Source: Candidatus Latescibacterota bacterium (GTDB lineage: Bacteria > Latescibacterota > UBA2968 > UBA8231). Taken from it: a stretch of 64,000 bases of DNA. The notes below the pieces were generated by a model, which was given only the letters and a program-made list of their open reading frames with translations, ran no database searches and had not been told where the DNA came from. Location of the stretch: the NCBI GenBank assembly GCA_965208105.1, contig OZ242318.1, positions 256,001-320,000 of the forward strand, in the 5' to 3' direction. A program made the position numbers and the translations under genes. Shown piece after piece: positions 58,872 through 64,000 of this stretch; within the stretch, counting starts at the first letter, position 1; every line of letters starts with the position of its first letter.

Positions 58872-60131
58872 TTAAAATTGGAATCCCAGACCCAGGCCGA
58901 GGGTGTTTTCCGGGTTGAAGCGGGCGGCGCCCAGCCGCCGCATGGCGTAGTCGGCCTTGAGAATCAGGGCGTTTTGAAGGTTGTAGTTGACGCCGATGGT
59001 ATAGACACGGCGCTGGAATCGAGGATTGTCGAAGGTTTCAGCCGGCACCGAGGCCATGCTGTCGTAGGCGTCCAGGCGCAGGAAAACATCCAGACCCCGC
59101 TGGGGGGCAGGCCTCAGCAAGGGCAGCAGGTCATAGCCAATTTCGAGGAAGGCGGCGTAAGCTCCCCGGGCTACCGGTGAGCGCAGGACGTCCAGGTTGT
59201 TCGACAGGGTGCGGTTGCGGGCGCTGACCACCGCGGCGTTTTGAAGGTGTCCGTAGAGGTAGAGTCCTCGCGCCCGCAGCCCCCCGAGGGTCAGCGTTCC
59301 GTGCACGTCGACGATGGTGACGTGGGCGTCGACTCCCTCCATGTCGGGCTTGGGACGGTTGTCGGCGCTGTCGCCGCGATAGGCTGAAATCCCCAGTTGG
59401 CCCAGGGAAGCGATTTCGTAGTCCAGGCGCCCGACCCAGGCCAGATTGGTGGCCTGCACGGTCTCGAAGCGCTTCTGGTGGCCGCCCGCGACCCAGTGCT
59501 GGGAGCTGAAACCGGTGGCGTCCAGGCCGTTGACAAGCTGCAGCTGGTAGCGCCAAGCTCCATAGGCACCGGAGACCTCGGCCCCGGTTTCATGCCACAG
59601 GGCGGGGATGATCGTGGTTTCAGCTTCGGAGCGGCGGGTGCTGAAGAATGAAGAGGGAAGGTAGTTATGGCTCAATTGGCCGACGGCGACGTAGAAATGC
59701 CCCAGCCGCAGGCGGAAAGCATCGGTGAAGGTGCGCTTGACGGCCAGTTCCTCGACCACGACCTCCCCCCCTTTTTCGATTTCCTGCTCGAACTCGCCGA
59801 ACTCCTCGAACTCCAGCTCCAGGGCGGCGCCGCTGCCGCCGTGCTCGAATTCCACCTCGGCCTCGAGTTCGGTGCGGTCGAGCAGCTCCACCTCCAGCTC
59901 AAGGGCGAGGCGGGTGATGTCCATGGTGGCGCGGCTGTCGGGTGATGAGCCTTTCGGACCGCTTTTCTGATCGGGGCCGTAATCGTAATGAGAATAATGA
60001 AGTTCCCCGTAGCCTTCGAGATGAACCCGGGGATATTCTGATGCCTGGGAGCGGAAATAAGTTGATGCGATGAGGAAAACTACAAGAAGTAACAAACAGC
60101 GGCTCAGTCGGTTATAACATGTATGACACAA
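58872..60131 (-). CDS. outer-membrane porin associated with imelysin
   Basis: GYGE, EVEFEHGG, E.E.E.EKGGEV, WHETG, terminal F. Start uncertain (TTG 60131 chosen, downstream of promoter). Confidence 0.8.
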   Translation of the reverse strand: MCHTCYNRLSRCLLLLVVFLIASTYFRSQASEYPRVHLEGYGELHYSHYDYGPDQKSGPKGSSPDSRATMDITRLALELEVELLDRTELEAEVEFEHGGSGAALELEFEEFGEFEQEIEKGGEVVVEELAVKRTFTDAFRLRLGHFYVAVGQLSHNYLPSSFFSTRRSEAETTIIPALWHETGAEVSGAYGAWRYQLQLVNGLDATGFSSQHWVAGGHQKRFETVQATNLAWVGRLDYEIASLGQLGISAYRGDSADNRPKPDMEGVDAHVTIVDVHGTLTLGGLRARGLYLYGHLQNAAVVSARNRTLSNNLDVLRSPVARGAYAAFLEIGYDLLPLLRPAPQRGLDVFLRLDAYDSMASVPAETFDNPRFQRRVYTIGVNYNLQNALILKADYAMRRLGAARFNPENTLGLGLGFQF

Positions 60132-60155
60132 ATTGCATATGGCAATCCTTAGACA

Positions 60156-60184
60156 AGTATACAAAACATTAATTTGCTTAGCAA
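60156..60184 (-). promoter_or_regulatory. sigma70 promoter of iron/heme locus
   Basis: Minus strand TTGCTA-N17-TATACT in an AT-rich island. Confidence 0.72.
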
Positions 60185-60190
60185 TACTTT

Positions 60191-60208
60191 TGTTTGGTTT
60201 ACCAAACA
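60191..60208. promoter_or_regulatory. 18-bp palindromic operator
   Basis: TGTTTGGT-TT-ACCAAACA, 6 nt upstream of the -35. Confidence 0.7.
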
Positions 60209-60322
60209 TGTCGAATGATTTGGCCTTCTCTCGAGGGTATGGCCCTGTCCTTGTGTTGTCTGGTGAAAGGGAGGCAGATGAGCTTTCCCGCGGCAGGGTG
60301 CGGGGCGGGTTCCCTCGTCCGG

Positions 60323-61492
60323 TCAGGGGACCCCGTGTCCGGCGGCGAATTCCGCCGCGTCGTCGACGCTGCAAAGCGGCCTTCCGCCGAGGGCCAGCTC
60401 GAAGCGGCGGCCCTCCAGGCGCGAGCTGAGTTCGGCTGCGTTGGCCACCAGCAGTGTCTTCCACCCTACCTCGGGTCCGAGGTCGAAGGGGGTGCCTCCG
60501 CGGACTTGCCGCGCGAATGCGTCCAGCTCCGCCGCGTAGGCAGTGGCGTAGCGCGGGTAGAAGTCGGGGTGCCGCGGCTCCGGCCTGCGCATTGGAAACT
60601 TGCGTTGGGCTTCCAGGGTGCCGCGGGGCAGGGGACTGCGGCCGGTGCCGCGCCACAGCCTGGCGCCGACCTCGCCGAAATCGCCGCTGAACTCGCCCAC
60701 GTCGATGCGGCCTTCGCTGCCGATCAGCTTGAACCCGTTGTCGTAACCGGTGGCGTTGATCCGCGAGCCCCAGAGATGGGCGACGGAGTGGTCCGCCCAG
60801 GTGCAGAAGACGTGGACGATGTTGGCCCCTTCCCGGGCCCGGTCTTCGTAGTGCGGGGCCATGAAACGCAGGGCCTGCACGTAGCGGGGCAGCTCGAAGG
60901 ACCTGAAGCTCATGGCTTCGAAGACCAGGTGGATGGCCATATCCGCGGTGATGCCACAGCTCTGGTAGTCCGGCGGCGTGGGATTCTTGTCCTGGAGCAC
61001 GTGGTGGCTCTGTTGCAGGAGGCCGATACTGCCTTTCGCCACCCACTCCCCGGCGGCCTGCGCCGGCGGATCGTAGTAGCGCTGCAGCGCCACCTGCACC
61101 AGGTGGGGGCCGTCCGCGCCCAGTTCCTTGACGTATTGCACGGCTTCGGCCACGGAATGGGCCATGGGCTTCTCCACCATCACGGGAATGCCCCGGCTGG
61201 TGAAGGCCCCGCTGTCGGCGGCGTGGTCCTCGGTGCGCGACGCTACCACCACCCCGTCCAGCGGGAGAGCGGCGGCCATTTCCCCGGGGTCCTCGAACCG
61301 GGCGGGCCGAGGTGCGGGCCCTGGGCCCATCTCCTCGTTCACCGCCGCAAAGGCCGCCGAGCGCACCGAATCGAGGCGGTCCCCCAGCGCCACCAGTTCT
61401 ATCGTGCCTTCCCGGACCATGCGCAACAGGTTCTCCAGGTGCACCCGGCCCATGCGGCCGACACCGAAGATTCCCATTCGCAGTGGTTCCAT
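60323..61492 (-). CDS. Gfo/Idh/MocA oxidoreductase (inositol dehydrogenase-like)
   Basis: FGVGRMG, VEKP, DMAIH. Confidence 0.85.
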   Translation of the reverse strand: MEPLRMGIFGVGRMGRVHLENLLRMVREGTIELVALGDRLDSVRSAAFAAVNEEMGPGPAPRPARFEDPGEMAAALPLDGVVVASRTEDHAADSGAFTSRGIPVMVEKPMAHSVAEAVQYVKELGADGPHLVQVALQRYYDPPAQAAGEWVAKGSIGLLQQSHHVLQDKNPTPPDYQSCGITADMAIHLVFEAMSFRSFELPRYVQALRFMAPHYEDRAREGANIVHVFCTWADHSVAHLWGSRINATGYDNGFKLIGSEGRIDVGEFSGDFGEVGARLWRGTGRSPLPRGTLEAQRKFPMRRPEPRHPDFYPRYATAYAAELDAFARQVRGGTPFDLGPEVGWKTLLVANAAELSSRLEGRRFELALGGRPLCSVDDAAEFAAGHGVP

Positions 61493-61801
61493 CTCTCCCT
61501 TGCGGGACACTCTTTCCTCCGGTTTTCAGTGCCGATGCGGTCGGGGACGCGCCGCCCCCGGTGGCTGCCTGCCTGACAAACCTACCACATCCGCGCTGCC
61601 CCGCCAGGCAGCCGCACTGCCCATCCTCCGCGTCCGCGTCGAGGCTTGCGGCTGGCGCCCATTTGAGTGTTGCCTGCATCCGGCATTTATATTTTCTTCT
61701 CGGCTGCCTGGCACCCCGGGCGCCGAGGAGATGCGGCTACCCCGGATCCGGTCTCCCGGGCAGCCCCCGCCCATCAATCTCTAGTAAGGAGGACAGCGCC
61801 G

Positions 61802-62491
61802 ATGAACCTGGTTTTCGTAGGATGCGAGTACGCCGGCAAGTCGACCATCGCGGCCAGAGTCATGGAGTGGGCCGAGGAGACCCTGGGAGGAACGAGCCAT
61901 TTCCACGATCACATGAGTGTTCCCTCGAGCGAGCTGACCCCCGAAGCCCAGGATTCCCTGGCGCAGGTGCATCCCCAGGTCCTGGAAATGTTCCAGCGCT
62001 ACATGATCGACTACCACGTCTCCGAGGGCTTTTACGGCAACGAGGACCACAACCTGATGGGGCTGGTAATAGAGGAGGCGGTGTACGCGCCGCTGTACTA
62101 CGGCTATGGAGGCCGGGACAGCGCGGCGCCGGAGCGCAGCCCGGAGGGACAGCGCACCAAGATGGCGCGGATGATCGAGGCCACCATGCTGGAGCGGGGT
62201 CCGGGGACCGTGCAGGTGCTGTTCAAGGCGGCGCCGGAGGTGATCAAGGCGCGGATGGCGGCTGCGCCGCACCGGCACCAGCTGGTGCGGGAGGAGGACG
62301 TGGAGCAGGTGCTCGAGCGCTTCGAGGAGGAGTTCGCGGCCTCCCTGATCCAGCGCCGGTTCGTGCTGGATACCACGGCGGCGACGGAGGAGGAGACCAT
62401 GGCGGAGTTCGTGGCCAGGTACGAGCCCTTTCACACCGAAGCCGACCGCGAACGCATGCGCCGCCGCAGGGAGGCTGCAGGGCAGGGGTGA
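61802..62491 (+). CDS. P-loop nucleotide-kinase-like protein
   Basis: N-terminal GCEYAGKST; RBS AAGGAGG. Confidence 0.7.
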   Translation: MNLVFVGCEYAGKSTIAARVMEWAEETLGGTSHFHDHMSVPSSELTPEAQDSLAQVHPQVLEMFQRYMIDYHVSEGFYGNEDHNLMGLVIEEAVYAPLYYGYGGRDSAAPERSPEGQRTKMARMIEATMLERGPGTVQVLFKAAPEVIKARMAAAPHRHQLVREEDVEQVLERFEEEFAASLIQRRFVLDTTAATEEETMAEFVARYEPFHTEADRERMRRRREAAGQG

Positions 62492-62672
62492 TCAGAGCGC
62501 CCCGGTCTCTGTCTTCCCGCCCCCTTCCCGCTGCCTGCAACGGCCTGTCGGCCCAATCCGTAGAGGCGAACACCGGAGATTCGGATTCTCCGCCGGGTCC
62601 ACTACTCCCTGGATATGAAGAGGGCTGCCCGATCTGCCGGGCAACCCAGGGAAAATCACAACGCCGGAGCAG

Positions 62673-63959
62673 ATGATGAATTTCAAGTTGTTCGACGTGG
62701 ATGCGCACGCCCCCGATGCGCAGGACGTTGCGGTGGTCGAACCCTGGCGCCACATCGTCGTCGACCCCGACCACGCCGCCGCCTGGATGGTGGCCGGAGA
62801 CGTGGACGGCGACGGGGAGATGGAGATAGTGGGTGCCCGCAATCGCCGCGACACGGACGGTCACTTCGTCACCGCGGTGAGCGCCCACAAACTCGACGGA
62901 ACCCGCCTGTGGAGCTGGGGAACGCCGGGAGCGGGACATCCCGAGCTTGGCTACGACGTCGCCTGCCAGCTCTATGACTGGGACGGAGACGGCAATCTGG
63001 AGGTCGTATTCGCCACCGCGGATCATCTCGTCGAGCTCGACGGCGCGACCGGCGAGGAGAGGGGGCGCTTCCCCATCCCCCCCGGGGCATTCGACTGCGT
63101 CGTCTTCGCCAACCTCAGCGGCGGCGAGCACCCCGCCGAGGTGCTGGTGAAGACCCGCTACCGCCAGATCTGGGCTTTCGACCGGCAGGGAAAGGAGCTG
63201 TGGACCATCAAGGACCCGGTGCGCCACCGCACCGCGCACCAGCCCTTTCCGGTGGATATCGACGGAGACGGGCGCGACGAGCTGGTGGCCGGCTATGTCC
63301 TGCTGAATCCCACCGGAACGGTGCGCTGGCAGATGCGCGGACTGGGACTGGAGTACCTCACCGAGGACGGCGGCCATCTCGACTGCGCCCGCGTACTGCG
63401 CCGGGGAGATACCCCTGCCGACACCTACCTGGCCGTCACCGGCTGCGGCCACAACTTCATGGCCGCGGTGGACGGCGAAGGCGAGGCGGTCTGGAATCTG
63501 GACGGCCCCCACTTCGAATCCATCGACATCGGCAATGTCTGCCCGGACGTTCCCGGCGCGCAGATCGTCGTGGACCTGGCCCACGTGGAGTGCGATGACG
63601 AGCCCCTCTGGGTAGTCCACGAAAACGGCGAGGTGCTGGGGCAGATCATGACCCGCGGCAGCAGATTTCACTTCCTCGTCGACTGGGACGGTTCGGGAGT
63701 CGAGTCAATTCTGATCGGGCACATTGCCGCCCTCTTCGACGGCAGCGGCCGCAAGGTGGCGCGCTTCCAGACCCCCGCCTCCTGGCCCTCTAACAAGTCC
63801 ATATGCCACTGCGGCGACATGACCGGAGACGGCGTCCCCGATGTCGTCCTGAGCAACCCCACCGGCTCGGAGATATGCGTATACCGCAACGAGAAGGGCG
63901 GGCCGCCGCCCTCCCCGCCCGTTCGCCATTTCAGCCGGGTCAACTACACCCTCTACTGA
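62673..63959 (+). CDS. FG-GAP-like repeat protein (rhamnogalacturonan lyase-like propeller)
   Basis: Repeated DxDGDG..E motifs; GHLD. Confidence 0.72.
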   Translation: MMNFKLFDVDAHAPDAQDVAVVEPWRHIVVDPDHAAAWMVAGDVDGDGEMEIVGARNRRDTDGHFVTAVSAHKLDGTRLWSWGTPGAGHPELGYDVACQLYDWDGDGNLEVVFATADHLVELDGATGEERGRFPIPPGAFDCVVFANLSGGEHPAEVLVKTRYRQIWAFDRQGKELWTIKDPVRHRTAHQPFPVDIDGDGRDELVAGYVLLNPTGTVRWQMRGLGLEYLTEDGGHLDCARVLRRGDTPADTYLAVTGCGHNFMAAVDGEGEAVWNLDGPHFESIDIGNVCPDVPGAQIVVDLAHVECDDEPLWVVHENGEVLGQIMTRGSRFHFLVDWDGSGVESILIGHIAALFDGSGRKVARFQTPASWPSNKSICHCGDMTGDGVPDVVLSNPTGSEICVYRNEKGGPPPSPPVRHFSRVNYTLY

Positions 63960-64000
63960 GCGCGGGACCGTTTCGGCGGCCAAGCAAAGGAGAACGCGAT

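Noticed and set aside
60132-61679. 935-aa version of the porin ORF
   Set aside because: The extension runs through the promoter and overlaps the Gfo/Idh/MocA gene in another frame.

Overview
GC-rich bacterial window with no rRNA, tRNA or CRISPR array that I could recognise. Several PhyH dioxygenases and Gfo/Idh/MocA enzymes, a FlgD-Ig/T9SS-like tail and a C-terminal 'SWGxLK' motif suggest an FCB-type or Latescibacterota/Poribacteria-like host (inference). 1-28.8 kb is mostly metabolic. It includes a two-subunit NAD-linked formate dehydrogenase whose alpha subunit is a selenoprotein (in-frame UGA at 7453 plus SECIS hairpin; split in the ORF track), an internally deleted PhyH pseudogene and a Phd-VapC toxin-antitoxin pair. 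28.9-33.2 kb is a decaying accessory island: two HsdM remnants bracket a higBA module whose toxin has a nonsense codon, followed by small genes with degraded attC-like boundaries. 34.9-43.4 kb holds an RDD-LepB fusion lacking the catalytic Lys and an intact type I R-M operon with an AlbA_2/Schlafen-ATPase-HTH gene coupled between hsdS and hsdM, the best candidate for an undescribed defence module. 44-46.8 kb holds a lone divergent egtB flanked by a 26-bp direct repeat, with an IS630 in the second copy. 46.8-60.2 kb is a 13-gene minus-strand iron/heme locus (porin, imelysin, di-heme oxidoreductase, TonB receptor, c-type cytochrome lipoprotein, double-domain HmuY, HmuSTUV) behind a clear sigma70 promoter and an 18-bp palindromic operator. 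All family calls come from motif recognition by eye; no searches were run.
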